Source: Candidatus Saccharimonadota bacterium (GTDB lineage Bacteria; Pseudomonadota; Alphaproteobacteria; CAJXXZ01; 1604HC). From it: a DNA stretch of 32,000 bases. This document shows positions 8,713 through 18,018 of the stretch, piece by piece. Location of the stretch: contig NZ_CP043315.1 of the NCBI RefSeq assembly GCF_008189285.1, positions 300,001 through 332,000 of the forward strand. The letters are read 5' to 3'. Both the position numbers and the translations under genes were made by a program. The notes under the pieces are model-generated. The model was not told the origin of the DNA and made no database searches. It saw only the letters and a list, made by a program, of their open reading frames with translations. The first letter of the stretch is position 1, and each line of letters starts with the position of its first letter.

Positions 8713-9482
8713 ATATGAATATAGTTAAAGAGAATGTTTTCAAGCCATTTGACATGATGGTAATGGAAGAAGCTCTTGAATCAATAGGAAAAACTCTAGC
8801 AAGAGATTTTAATGAAATTAAGCATATTAATTTTGAGAAGAGAGAAAAGTTTATTGAAAGATTTGAAAATAGAACAATAAATTTTATTATAAACCTTCTT
8901 CATCAAAAAAGACTTGATTATGGAATTATTACAAAATCTATGATGTTTCAAGAAGAAGCAGAATCAAAATGGATAATAAATCTTCTTGATGGTCGTGAAA
9001 ACTTTCTTAGAGGCATAGGGGTATTTTGTTGCGCTATAGCAGTTATGAAAAATAATGAAATAGTTTCTAGCATGATATTAGACCCAATGAATTCTGATTT
9101 ATTTGCAGCAGATGAAAAAGGTGTATTTTTAAATTACAGAAAAGTTTATGTTTCTAAAAATGTCGAAATAGAAAAAAGCATGTTTGGATTAAACCAAAAT
9201 ATAAACAACCCTAACATCAAACAAAGAAAACTTGGGTCCACTCTTTTGAATATGGCCTATGTTGCTAATGGGAAATTAGATGGATGCATAGAGCGCCCTA
9301 CCCATTTATGTGATTATGCAGCAGGGTTGGCTTTAGTTAAAAAAGTTGACAATGGATTGGTGAGCGTTCGTAAGGACAAAAAAATTAGCGAATTGCCATT
9401 AGATAATGATTTATTAGACCTTCCAAGTGATTTGATATGCTCTAATGAAAAATTACATGATTATCTCAAAAAATCAATTTAA
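8709..9482 (+). CDS. suhB: SuhB / inositol-monophosphatase-family protein with degenerate catalytic motifs
   Basis: WIINLLDGRENF aligns with the family signature WxIDPLDGTxNF. LGSTLLNMAYVANGKLDG and CDYAAGLALV align with the GSAALDLAYVAAGRxDG and WDxAAG motifs. The start overlaps the efp stop (ATGA). Confidence 0.75.
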   Translation: MNMNIVKENVFKPFDMMVMEEALESIGKTLARDFNEIKHINFEKREKFIERFENRTINFIINLLHQKRLDYGIITKSMMFQEEAESKWIINLLDGRENFLRGIGVFCCAIAVMKNNEIVSSMILDPMNSDLFAADEKGVFLNYRKVYVSKNVEIEKSMFGLNQNINNPNIKQRKLGSTLLNMAYVANGKLDGCIERPTHLCDYAAGLALVKKVDNGLVSVRKDKKISELPLDNDLLDLPSDLICSNEKLHDYLKKSI

Positions 9483-10089
9483 TGCATTAAAATATTAGAG
9501 AAATTATTTCAAAACATTAAAAAAATCAACTTAAAAATGACTTGAGTGGTTTCTTGCAAATTGAATTAAATTTGTAAATGAATTAAAAGAAATCAATAAA
9601 ACAGCTAAAACAGCAAATCTACAAATTTGAGAGAAAGAAATTTCTTGAGATAAAAAAATCCTGAGATAAAAAAAATTACAATTTTATTTGTAATAAATTT
9701 CTCATATAATAAGATTATAAAATACATTTCATTTTTCTATTTAAATAACAAAACAACAAAGCTTTAGAAAATAGCTTATAAATCAATTTATATAAAAAAT
9801 TAATCACTATTATGTTTTTTCAATATAATTTGATAGATTTGATTATTTATGCATGTTTATATAAGAAATTATTTATTTTTTACTTGAAATGTGTTTTGCT
9901 ATTATTTGAGCATTAAATAGCCTACCTATATAATGATTTTTCAAGATTTTATGGAATGCATTTTAATGGTTTTATGGGCTATAGCATAATATTTTTTGTA
10001 AATTGACATTAGAATTATTCATTAACTTCAATTTATTTTCATAAAATTGCCATAATGTGTAATTTGCATAATTAATAATCTAAGATTGC

Positions 10090-11796
10090 TTATAAACTAA
10101 TATGCTTTATGAATTTGTAGTATAATTTGCAAACTTCACCAGCACCTATAAATAATACTAAGTCATTTTGCTTCGCATGGGATTGATTTGCATATTCCTG
10201 TTTTGCAGAACTTTGCTTTGCATGGGATTTATGTATATCATTTATAAAATCTTGAAGTGCATTTATTTGGTCTTGTGTGTTCCTTGATTTAATTTGTATA
10301 TTTCTATTTTCTTGATCGATATTATTTGAATTTTTTGTATTTATTTTGCGCAACAAAGATTCATAGAATTTATTTTCTAAATTTATATCAAAATCTTCTT
10401 TAACATTATGAATTGGCATAATTGCTACAGAGGTATTTATTTTGTTGCATAAATTTGCTATTTCTCGAATAAATAAATTGAAATCTTTCTTTAATCTAGA
10501 GTATTTATGTATTTCTAATATACAGTAAATTTTACTATATTTATAATTAATTAAAGTATCGAATAGTAATTTTATAGAATGAGGATGGTGTGCATAATCT
10601 AGCATATAATCAATATTATTCACTTGATTCACTTCTAACCGCTTCTTCATTCCTTGAAAAGAAGATAAAGCATTTCTGATATATATTTCATCAATATTAT
10701 AATATACAGCAACGCATATTGCAGCCAAAGCATTTTCTATATTGTGCATTCCAAGCATATTCAAATATACATTATGCATTTCAATTAGCCCGCAAACATC
10801 AAACATCATTCCATTTTGGTGAAATTTAATATTCTTAGCATATACATCTGATTGACTTGAAGTATTTGAATCTAAATTATCAAAGCTGTCAAATTTACTA
10901 GAATTATTTGAGTCAAAATAATCCGACTCACTTGAATTTGAATCATCAAATGATTTTGAATGATTTGAATCTTTGATATTTTCATATAAGGAATTTGTAT
11001 TTTTACTATCTAAAGAATATGTAAGAACGCTATCTATGTTTAATTCTTCCTTAGCTTTTTGATGACATATACATATTTGTCCGGAAAGCGCGAAGTTTTT
11101 AAAAGATTTAGCTATATTTTCTCTATTTTCATAATAATCCATATGATCTTCATCGATATTGGTAATGACATTCACATCTCCTGTAAGTTTTTGCATTGAT
11201 CCATCAGATTCATCAGACTCAATAATGCAAATTTCTTCTTTGCGCTCTTCTAATTCATTGTCATAATAATTATCATTTAAGTCATCTAGATCATTATTTA
11301 TCAAATCTTTATTTGAATTTTTATTTTTTACACATAATGAAGCTATATTCAGATTTTGCATTTTATCTCCAAGCATAAAAGATGGATTTAATTTGGCGCA
11401 ATGCATGATCCATGTTATTAACCCAGAAGTTGTGGTTTTCCCATGTGTTCCCGATACGCATATAGACTCTTTTTCATTAGATAAATACTTAGCAAATGAC
11501 GCTCTATGAAAAATTGGAATATTGTTTTTGATGGCCCATATGCATTGTGGGTGATCTTTTGAAATCACTGAGCTTACGATAAGACAATCAGATTTTGGTA
11601 TTTCATTTGCAGAAATCATATGTGGATGCGAATTATAGTCATCTGTTTCGCTTATAGTGTAATTTTTAGCCTGAAGCCATACTTTTAAAGCTTGCATTCC
11701 AAGTCCAGAAGCGCCAATCATATGCACCCTCTTTATTTTGTTGCTAGGAAATTCATCTGTTTTCCATAGATTTTTCATGTTTTTTTCTGTATTCAT
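10090..11796 (-). CDS. murC: UDP-N-acetylmuramate--L-alanine ligase MurC, with three low-complexity insertions
   Basis: N-terminal Rossmann motif HMIGASGLGM. Mur-ligase P-loop VSGTHGKTTTSGLI. DYAHHPHSI matches the MurC DYAHHPTEI motif. The C-terminal end is FIGAGEV. It is 568 aa, versus the 460-490 aa I recall as typical. Confidence 0.85.
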   Translation of the reverse strand: MNTEKNMKNLWKTDEFPSNKIKRVHMIGASGLGMQALKVWLQAKNYTISETDDYNSHPHMISANEIPKSDCLIVSSVISKDHPQCIWAIKNNIPIFHRASFAKYLSNEKESICVSGTHGKTTTSGLITWIMHCAKLNPSFMLGDKMQNLNIASLCVKNKNSNKDLINNDLDDLNDNYYDNELEERKEEICIIESDESDGSMQKLTGDVNVITNIDEDHMDYYENRENIAKSFKNFALSGQICICHQKAKEELNIDSVLTYSLDSKNTNSLYENIKDSNHSKSFDDSNSSESDYFDSNNSSKFDSFDNLDSNTSSQSDVYAKNIKFHQNGMMFDVCGLIEMHNVYLNMLGMHNIENALAAICVAVYYNIDEIYIRNALSSFQGMKKRLEVNQVNNIDYMLDYAHHPHSIKLLFDTLINYKYSKIYCILEIHKYSRLKKDFNLFIREIANLCNKINTSVAIMPIHNVKEDFDINLENKFYESLLRKINTKNSNNIDQENRNIQIKSRNTQDQINALQDFINDIHKSHAKQSSAKQEYANQSHAKQNDLVLFIGAGEVCKLYYKFIKHISL

Positions 11797-11864
11797 TTAA
11801 TTATTTCTCTATTTTGATTTTATAGAGTTGAATATTATAAGTCAAAAGAATACAATCTAACTAA

Positions 11865-13556
11865 GTGAATAAATTAATGCTGGTAGATTCAACGGATGAA
11901 TCAAGTATTCAAATTGCTATAATAGAAGAAAATAGATTAATGAATTTTTTCTTTGAATCTAATGAAAATCATTCCAATGTTGGAAATATTTATTTAGCTA
12001 AAGTAGATCATGTTGAGAATTCTCTTCAAGCATACTTTATAAATTATGGTGAAAATAAAAATGGATTCTTGTCATTTCTATCTTCAAAAGAATCTCTGAA
12101 AAAAGGACAGCTTGTTATTGTGCAAGTTGTTAAAGATGAAAAAGAAAACAAAGGGGCAATGTTAACAACTTTTATTGAAATTAAAAGCTTGTTTATGATT
12201 GCTTTAATGAACCAAGAAAATAGTTGTTCTATATCTAAGAAAATATCTGCAAAATCAGATAGAGAATCTATAAAGGCTTGGCATGAAAAATTAACGAAAA
12301 ATACTGATTGTCATATAATTTTTAGACACTCTGCTTTAGGAGAAAATTACAAAAAAATTGAAAATGATTTCAGTAATATAAAAAGAAAAATGCAAATTAT
12401 ATCTCAAGCTGCTAAGAAAAAAGATGTTCATTTGGCATTGCGATCTCCATCTCTAATAGAAAAAACTTTTATAGATTACCACAAACCTGACATGAAAATG
12501 ATTATTGAAGGAAGAGTTCCAGACTGCATTAAAGATTCTGCAATTAAACACAAAGAATCAAATCCTATATTTAAATTTTATGACGTTGAGAATCAAATTG
12601 AATCTATGTATTGTGAAAGAGTTAATTTGGAGTCTGGTGGATATATAATCATTCAACATACTGAAGCGCTTACCTCTATTGATGTGAATTCTGGAATATG
12701 TAAGAAAGAAAATTCTATAGATAAGACTGCATTTTTGATTAATATGGAAGCTGCATATGAGGCTGCAAAGCAAATTCAATTACGAGATATTGGAGGCTTA
12801 ATTGTGATAGATTTTATCGATATGTATAGCCAGAATAATTTGGGCACAGTTTCTGCTGAATTTGCAAAACATATGGATAACGACAAAGCTAAATATAATT
12901 TAGGAGAAATGGATAGATTTTGCCTTTTTTCTATTTCTAGACAACAATTGCGAAGAAATTCATTTTTATCTATGCATAAGAAATGCTCTAATTGCCATGG
13001 ATCTGGATTTACAAAGAAAGATTCCTTAAATTCAACGTTTATATTCAGGCAAATTGCATATATTAATCAAGAAATAAATACAAAAAATATAGTTATTAAT
13101 TGCGATTCAAATTTGATATATTATATTTTGAATCATAAAAAAGATATTGTTAGAGAGTTTGAGCAAAATAATGATATTAATATACGTTTTGAATTCCATA
13201 GTGAATCTATGCCAAAAATATTCTATGAACAAGATGGCCAATTAATGGAATATTATTATGATGATGTAAAAAAGAAAATTCATAATGGCTCGTTTAAATT
13301 TCCAAAAGTACTCGCAAAAGAAATATCTGATCCTATAAATGCGAATGCAAATGCAAACATAAATGCAATTTCTGATGAAAAAGAAGTTGATACTAAGAAG
13401 AAAAAGAAAAATATTGCTTCAATTAACAAGAAGTCAAAAGATATTTGCGAACAAAATGTACAATTGAGAGCCACATTGCATGAAAGTCCATTTAATAAAT
13501 CTATGAGACCTATGGATGCAGTAAGTGTTGATGGAATAGTGGTTGGATATTTATGA
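11865..13556 (+). CDS. Ribonuclease E/G family endoribonuclease
   Basis: S1-domain start (VGNIYLAKVDHVENSLQAYFINYG). Catalytic-core motif ALTSIDVNSG ... GGLIVIDFIDM. Zn-link CSNCHGSG. The track start is a GTG at 11865; an alternative ATG lies at 11877. I cannot separate rne from rng by eye. Confidence 0.8.
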   Translation: MNKLMLVDSTDESSIQIAIIEENRLMNFFFESNENHSNVGNIYLAKVDHVENSLQAYFINYGENKNGFLSFLSSKESLKKGQLVIVQVVKDEKENKGAMLTTFIEIKSLFMIALMNQENSCSISKKISAKSDRESIKAWHEKLTKNTDCHIIFRHSALGENYKKIENDFSNIKRKMQIISQAAKKKDVHLALRSPSLIEKTFIDYHKPDMKMIIEGRVPDCIKDSAIKHKESNPIFKFYDVENQIESMYCERVNLESGGYIIIQHTEALTSIDVNSGICKKENSIDKTAFLINMEAAYEAAKQIQLRDIGGLIVIDFIDMYSQNNLGTVSAEFAKHMDNDKAKYNLGEMDRFCLFSISRQQLRRNSFLSMHKKCSNCHGSGFTKKDSLNSTFIFRQIAYINQEINTKNIVINCDSNLIYYILNHKKDIVREFEQNNDINIRFEFHSESMPKIFYEQDGQLMEYYYDDVKKKIHNGSFKFPKVLAKEISDPINANANANINAISDEKEVDTKKKKKNIASINKKSKDICEQNVQLRATLHESPFNKSMRPMDAVSVDGIVVGYL

Positions 13557-13580
13557 TAAAATGTGTAAGTGTGATTTAAT

Positions 13581-14867
13581 ATGACAAATAATTTGCCAAC
13601 TTTTGGAGTTAAATCTTTATCTTTAGCGATCAAGAAAATGCTGGAATCATCTTATAGTAAGATTTATATTAAAGGACAAGTTAGTCAGCCAAAAAGAATG
13701 AATCATTTATACTTTTCACTTAAAGAAGAAGATGCTGTTATAGATTGCATCGCATGGGCTAATGCTAAATTATCGTTTGAGCCACAGCATGATATGGAAA
13801 TTATTTGCTGCGGGCGAGTTTCTAGCTATCCTGGAAGATCTAAATATCAAATGGTTGTTTTGTCAGTTGAGCATATTGGAGACTCTCAAGTATTGGAAAA
13901 AAGAAAGCTTGCGCTGCAAAAGGAAGGATTGTTTGATATTAGTAGGAAATTAAAGCTTCCCAAATATCCTAAGAAAGTTGGAATTATTACATCTCCTGTT
14001 GGGGCTGTTTTACATGATATGTTGCATAGATTAAGAGATAGATGCCCTTGTAAAGTTGTTTTCTACCCTGTGTCTGTTCAAGGCGCTGAAATGGCTAATA
14101 GCGTTATAAATGCTATTAAATATTTTAATTCTCCAGATTTGCGTGATAAAAATCATGAAGTAGATTTGTTAATTGTGGCTAGAGGAGGAGGAAGTTTTGA
14201 AGATTTATGGGGATTTCAGGATGAAGATTTAGTTAGAGCGATTGCAAATACAAAAATACCTTTAATTACTGCTATTGGGCATGAAACAGATACCACACTT
14301 GCAGATTATGCTTCATCATGTAGAGCGCCTACCCCAACAGCAGCTATAGAGTTAGCATTTCCAGATAAAAAAGAATTATGCATTAAATTAGAGAATTATG
14401 AATCTAAAATCAAAAGTTCAATTTTATTTTATATAGAAAATAAGTTTAAAAATAAATTATTAACATTGAGAATGCAATCAGCAAAAGAAATTATTAAACC
14501 ATTGTTTCAAGATTTTAAAAGTAAAATCGCAAAAAAAGATTACGCATATAATTCTTATTGGAACCAAAAGTATAATGAAATTAAATCTATAGACAAATTT
14601 AGATTAAACTTAAATTCTTTGCAAAAAGATCTTATCCATAGAATCGAAAAACTTCACTCACAGTTTAAGCAATTTATTTCAAATAATGCAAATTTGCTTG
14701 AAAAAAGAATTGATGCAATGAAAAGCATTTCGTATGAAGACACATTAAAAAGAGGATTTTGTAGAGCAACCGTAAATGGCAAATTGATTAAAAATAAATC
14801 TGAAGCGCCAGATAAGTTCAATATAGAGTTTCAAGATGGATCTTTATTGGTTAAAAGAGTCGAATAA
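13581..14867 (+). CDS. xseA: Exodeoxyribonuclease VII large subunit
   Basis: An OB-fold N-terminus (IYIKGQVSQPKRMNHLYFSLKEEDAVIDCIAW), then GIITSPVGAVLHDM and LIVARGGGSFEDLWGFQDE ... ITAIGHETDTTLADYAS. These are typical XseA blocks, followed by a long coiled-coil tail. Confidence 0.9.
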   Translation: MTNNLPTFGVKSLSLAIKKMLESSYSKIYIKGQVSQPKRMNHLYFSLKEEDAVIDCIAWANAKLSFEPQHDMEIICCGRVSSYPGRSKYQMVVLSVEHIGDSQVLEKRKLALQKEGLFDISRKLKLPKYPKKVGIITSPVGAVLHDMLHRLRDRCPCKVVFYPVSVQGAEMANSVINAIKYFNSPDLRDKNHEVDLLIVARGGGSFEDLWGFQDEDLVRAIANTKIPLITAIGHETDTTLADYASSCRAPTPTAAIELAFPDKKELCIKLENYESKIKSSILFYIENKFKNKLLTLRMQSAKEIIKPLFQDFKSKIAKKDYAYNSYWNQKYNEIKSIDKFRLNLNSLQKDLIHRIEKLHSQFKQFISNNANLLEKRIDAMKSISYEDTLKRGFCRATVNGKLIKNKSEAPDKFNIEFQDGSLLVKRVE

Positions 14868-14892
14868 CTGAATAATAACAATAACTATATAG

Positions 14893-14923
14893 ACAATTGA
14901 TATTTATATATTACAATTGATAT
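14893..14923. repeat. Direct repeat acaattgatat x2 with 20-nt phasing, immediately upstream of dedA
   Basis: Copies at 14893-14903 and 14913-14923, each containing the palindrome caattg. A third partial copy (taattgat) overlaps the dedA start region. Possible operator or promoter element, but function is unknown. Confidence 0.6.
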
Positions 14924-15487
14924 ATGTTAATTGATTTAGTTCAAAATTATGGGTATTGGATTGTTCTGTTTGGATCCATGATAGAAGGAGAATCTATTGT
15001 TTTGACAGCAGGAATGTTGTGTGCGCATGGAGTTTTGTCATTTTATAAGATTTGCATTTTATCTTTTATAGGAACATGTGTAGCTGATCAATTGCTATAC
15101 AATCTTGGATATTACATTGGGCCTGGATTTTTAGAAAGATTTAGCTTTAGTAGAAAATTATTTACAAAATTAAAGCCACTAGCCATTAAATATCAAAATA
15201 CATACATACTATCATTTAGATTTATATATGGAATAAGAATTATAAGCCCTGTTTTGATAGGAATTATTAAAATAGATCCAAAAAAATATATGATTTTGAA
15301 TATTATCGCATCAGTAATATGGGCTGTTATAAGTTGTGCGATAGGTTATGCAATTGGAGCTTTTACAAAAAGCCTTGATTTCAATTTTAAATACTTAATG
15401 ATAGCCGGAACACTTATGATTTTATTGCTTTTATTGATTTCTAAATTAATTGCAAATCATATTTTAAAGAAAAATAATATTAATTAA
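14924..15487 (+). CDS. DedA-family (SNARE-associated) inner-membrane protein
   Basis: The N-terminal YGYWIVLFGSMIEGESIVLTAG matches the DedA signature (xxE-G-E). Multiple hydrophobic helices; 187 aa. Confidence 0.75.
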   Translation: MLIDLVQNYGYWIVLFGSMIEGESIVLTAGMLCAHGVLSFYKICILSFIGTCVADQLLYNLGYYIGPGFLERFSFSRKLFTKLKPLAIKYQNTYILSFRFIYGIRIISPVLIGIIKIDPKKYMILNIIASVIWAVISCAIGYAIGAFTKSLDFNFKYLMIAGTLMILLLLLISKLIANHILKKNNIN

Positions 15488-15660
15488 ATCTGTTAACTTT
15501 ATATAAATAAATTTTTCTACAATCTTTTACAGCATAATTTTATTTTATTTTCTAATTTTAATTCTTAACTTTCCAATCTTTTGAAAGCATTTTATTTAAA
15601 TTCTATAGCTCTATTTTTAAATATTTTGCTTTATTCTTCTTCAAATGTTATTTTTATAGT

Positions 15661-16239
15661 ATGTTAAATGAATTTTTCAATGATGATCAAATGAAAAAAG
15701 TAAACTTCTATAAAAATGCATTGCGAAGGTGGCATGCTGAATTGCACTTGGTTAGCGATAAAGCTTTAGAAGATATTGATAAATATATTTTAGATTGCGC
15801 AGATTTATGGAGTTTTATAAAAGATGAGCCATCAATAGTTGATATTGGATCTGGAAATGGATTACCTGGAGTAATATTAGGCATTATGGGAGCTAGCGGA
15901 TTATTAGTTGATTCTCACAAGAAAAAAGCTGTGTTTTTACGAGAAATTGTCAAAGATTTAGATCTAGATTTCAAAGTTGTAGATCATTCTATAAGAAGCG
16001 TTGAGCAAACTGACGCAAAATGGATAATAGCAAGAGGATTTAGCTCATTTGAAAGATGCTTAGACGCTGCTAAGAAATTATGGAACAAAAACACAAAAGG
16101 CTTGTTTGTTAAATCTCTTAATGTCCAAGAAGAAATAGATGATGCGTTAGCAAAAGGATGGAAATTTGAATATAGTATTAATGATAGACATATGCCTGGC
16201 ACAGTTGTAGAAGTTAAAAATGTCCAATACACTCAATAA
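15661..16239 (+). CDS. rsmG: 16S rRNA (guanine527-N7)-methyltransferase RsmG (GidB)
   Basis: SAM-binding motif DIGSGNGLPGVILGI. Its position directly upstream of parA-parB is the classic gidB-parA-parB arrangement. Confidence 0.85.
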   Translation: MLNEFFNDDQMKKVNFYKNALRRWHAELHLVSDKALEDIDKYILDCADLWSFIKDEPSIVDIGSGNGLPGVILGIMGASGLLVDSHKKKAVFLREIVKDLDLDFKVVDHSIRSVEQTDAKWIIARGFSSFERCLDAAKKLWNKNTKGLFVKSLNVQEEIDDALAKGWKFEYSINDRHMPGTVVEVKNVQYTQ

Positions 16240-16993
16240 AAAATGCAAAATAATCGCAATCTCTAATCAAAAAGGTGGAGTTGGCAAAACAACCACATGT
16301 GTCAATTTATCTGCTGCTTTGGCTATATCTGGCAAAAAAATTCTATTAATTGATGTAGATGCTCAGGGAAATGCAACCACTGCATTAGGTTTAGAAAAAA
16401 ATGAACAAATTAATAGCTATGATTTCATAAATAGAGATTGTTCTGATTATATACAAACAAATATAAATAATTTATTTTGCATTCCTAGCAGCAATAATTT
16501 GTCAGCTTTAGATGTTGAGTTATCTTCAAAAGATCAGAGAGAATATTTTCTTAGCAATCAAATTAACAAAATTAAAAATGATTTTGATTATATTTTTATT
16601 GACTGCCCTCCTTCTTTGAGCATGATAACGATTAATGTTTTTGTAGCATCTGATTCGATTTTAATACCAGTTCAATGTGAATTTTATTCTTTAGAAGGAA
16701 TTGCTCAGTTGCTAGAGACAATAAATGCAATAAAAGGAAATTTAAATAAAAAATTACATATAGAAGGAATCGTTATGACTATGTTTGATAAAAGAAATAT
16801 TTTAGCAAACAATGTTTTGAGTAATGTAAAAGAGCATTTCGGAGATTATTTGTATGAATCAGTTATTCCTAGAAATGTACGTCTTTCAGAGGCTCCTTCA
16901 TTTGGAAAACCTGCAATTATATACGATGTGCATTGTAGTGGATCTAAGGCATATTTAAGTTTAGCAAAAGAATTTTTAAGGAGTAGAAAATGA
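16220..16993 (+). CDS. parA: Chromosome partitioning ATPase ParA/Soj
   Basis: Deviant Walker A NQKGGVGKTTT. IDCPPSL and the typical C-terminal PRNVRLSEAPSFGKP. Overlaps the rsmG end by 20 nt. Confidence 0.92.
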   Translation: MSNTLNKKCKIIAISNQKGGVGKTTTCVNLSAALAISGKKILLIDVDAQGNATTALGLEKNEQINSYDFINRDCSDYIQTNINNLFCIPSSNNLSALDVELSSKDQREYFLSNQINKIKNDFDYIFIDCPPSLSMITINVFVASDSILIPVQCEFYSLEGIAQLLETINAIKGNLNKKLHIEGIVMTMFDKRNILANNVLSNVKEHFGDYLYESVIPRNVRLSEAPSFGKPAIIYDVHCSGSKAYLSLAKEFLRSRK

Positions 16994-17868
16994 ATAAATC
17001 TCGCATGGGAAAAGGTTTGGAATCTTTGTTAAAAAAAGATAAAAATATTTTGAAGGATTTTCAAGAAATTGATATAGAAAGCATAGAGGCAGGATCAATG
17101 CAAACTAGAGAGCATTTTGATCAAAAGCAATTAGAAGAACTAGCAGAAACAATCAAATCTCATGGAGTATTGCAGCCTATTATTGTTTACAAGCAAGATG
17201 GTAAATTTAAAATTATTTCTGGAGAAAGAAGGTTTCGAGCTTCCAAAATCGCAAATCTCAAAACAATTCCATCTAGAGTTGTGTCTTGGTCAGATGAGAA
17301 AATATTAAATGCAAATATATTAGAAAATATTCAGCGCGCTCAATTGAATGGAATAGAAGAGGCAAATGCGTACAAAAGATTCATGGATGAATATGATTTG
17401 ACTCAAGAAGAAATTGCTAGGAAAGTTGGGAAAAGCAGAAGTCATATTGCTAACTTGATAAGATTACTTAAATTACCAAAAGAAGTTCAAGAATTGATCT
17501 ATAAAGGAAGTTTAACAATTGGTCATGGAAAAGTTTTATTGCAAAAATATAAAGAAGAAAAGGAATTGACTGAAGCGGCAAATAAAATTGCTAGCGAAGG
17601 AATTTCAATACAAGAAAGCATTGGAAATACTTCAAATAATAGGGAAATTGAACAAAATAAAAATCCAAACGTATCAAAACATGAAACTTCAAACTCTTCC
17701 AACAATGCAAACTCAGATGAGTATGCATCTATAGCTGATAGCCTTTCTCATAACTTAGAATTTGATATAAAAATTATTAAAAATGGAAAAGAAGGAAGTC
17801 TAAATATCAATTTTAAAAATGACATTGAATTAGATAAAATTTTAGATTTATTTGCAAGTCTTAAATAA
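16990..17868 (+). CDS. parB: Chromosome partitioning protein ParB/Spo0J
   Basis: ParB box LQPIIV ... IISGERRFRASK. HTH region LTQEEIARKVGKSRSHIANLIRLLKLP. ATGA overlap with parA and an AAGGAG Shine-Dalgarno upstream. Confidence 0.92.
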   Translation: MNKSRMGKGLESLLKKDKNILKDFQEIDIESIEAGSMQTREHFDQKQLEELAETIKSHGVLQPIIVYKQDGKFKIISGERRFRASKIANLKTIPSRVVSWSDEKILNANILENIQRAQLNGIEEANAYKRFMDEYDLTQEEIARKVGKSRSHIANLIRLLKLPKEVQELIYKGSLTIGHGKVLLQKYKEEKELTEAANKIASEGISIQESIGNTSNNREIEQNKNPNVSKHETSNSSNNANSDEYASIADSLSHNLEFDIKIIKNGKEGSLNINFKNDIELDKILDLFASLK

Positions 17869-18018
17869 TTACATTTAGATTGGATTTTAAAAAATCATAA
17901 TTTGACAAAGAAAACTCATAATATTACAAAGTTTTGTGATGCAACTCTTTCATCAATTTTGCTTCACTAACGCTGACTTTCAATTTTGATTTTTCTCAAA
18001 ATCTGATATAATTTTGGT

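Noticed and set aside
10046-10073. dif-like sequence (ttgCCATAATGTGTAATTTGCATAAT) near the murC stop
   Set aside because: The left arm and centre resemble GCGCATAA-TGTATA, but the right arm does not match TTATGTTAAAT. The two CATAA-containing arms are in direct rather than inverted orientation. A second weak hit (tattatgtt near 9812) lacks the left arm.
13326-13372. Hexanucleotide microsatellite (aatgcg/aatgca repeats encoding NANANANINA) inside the RNase E/G gene
   Set aside because: It is short, in-frame and located in the non-conserved C-terminal tail. That fits the general low-complexity drift of this genome and does not indicate a distinct feature.
15661-17868. Possible replication origin or parS sites near the rsmG-parA-parB cluster
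   Set aside because: I scanned for DnaA boxes (TTATCCACA or its complement). I found only an isolated 8/9 match (atatccaca, 25714-25722) inside proS, with no cluster in any spacer. No TGTTTCACGTGAAACA-like parS palindrome was seen; the only cacgtg is inside topA with non-matching flanks. The eye scan is not exhaustive.
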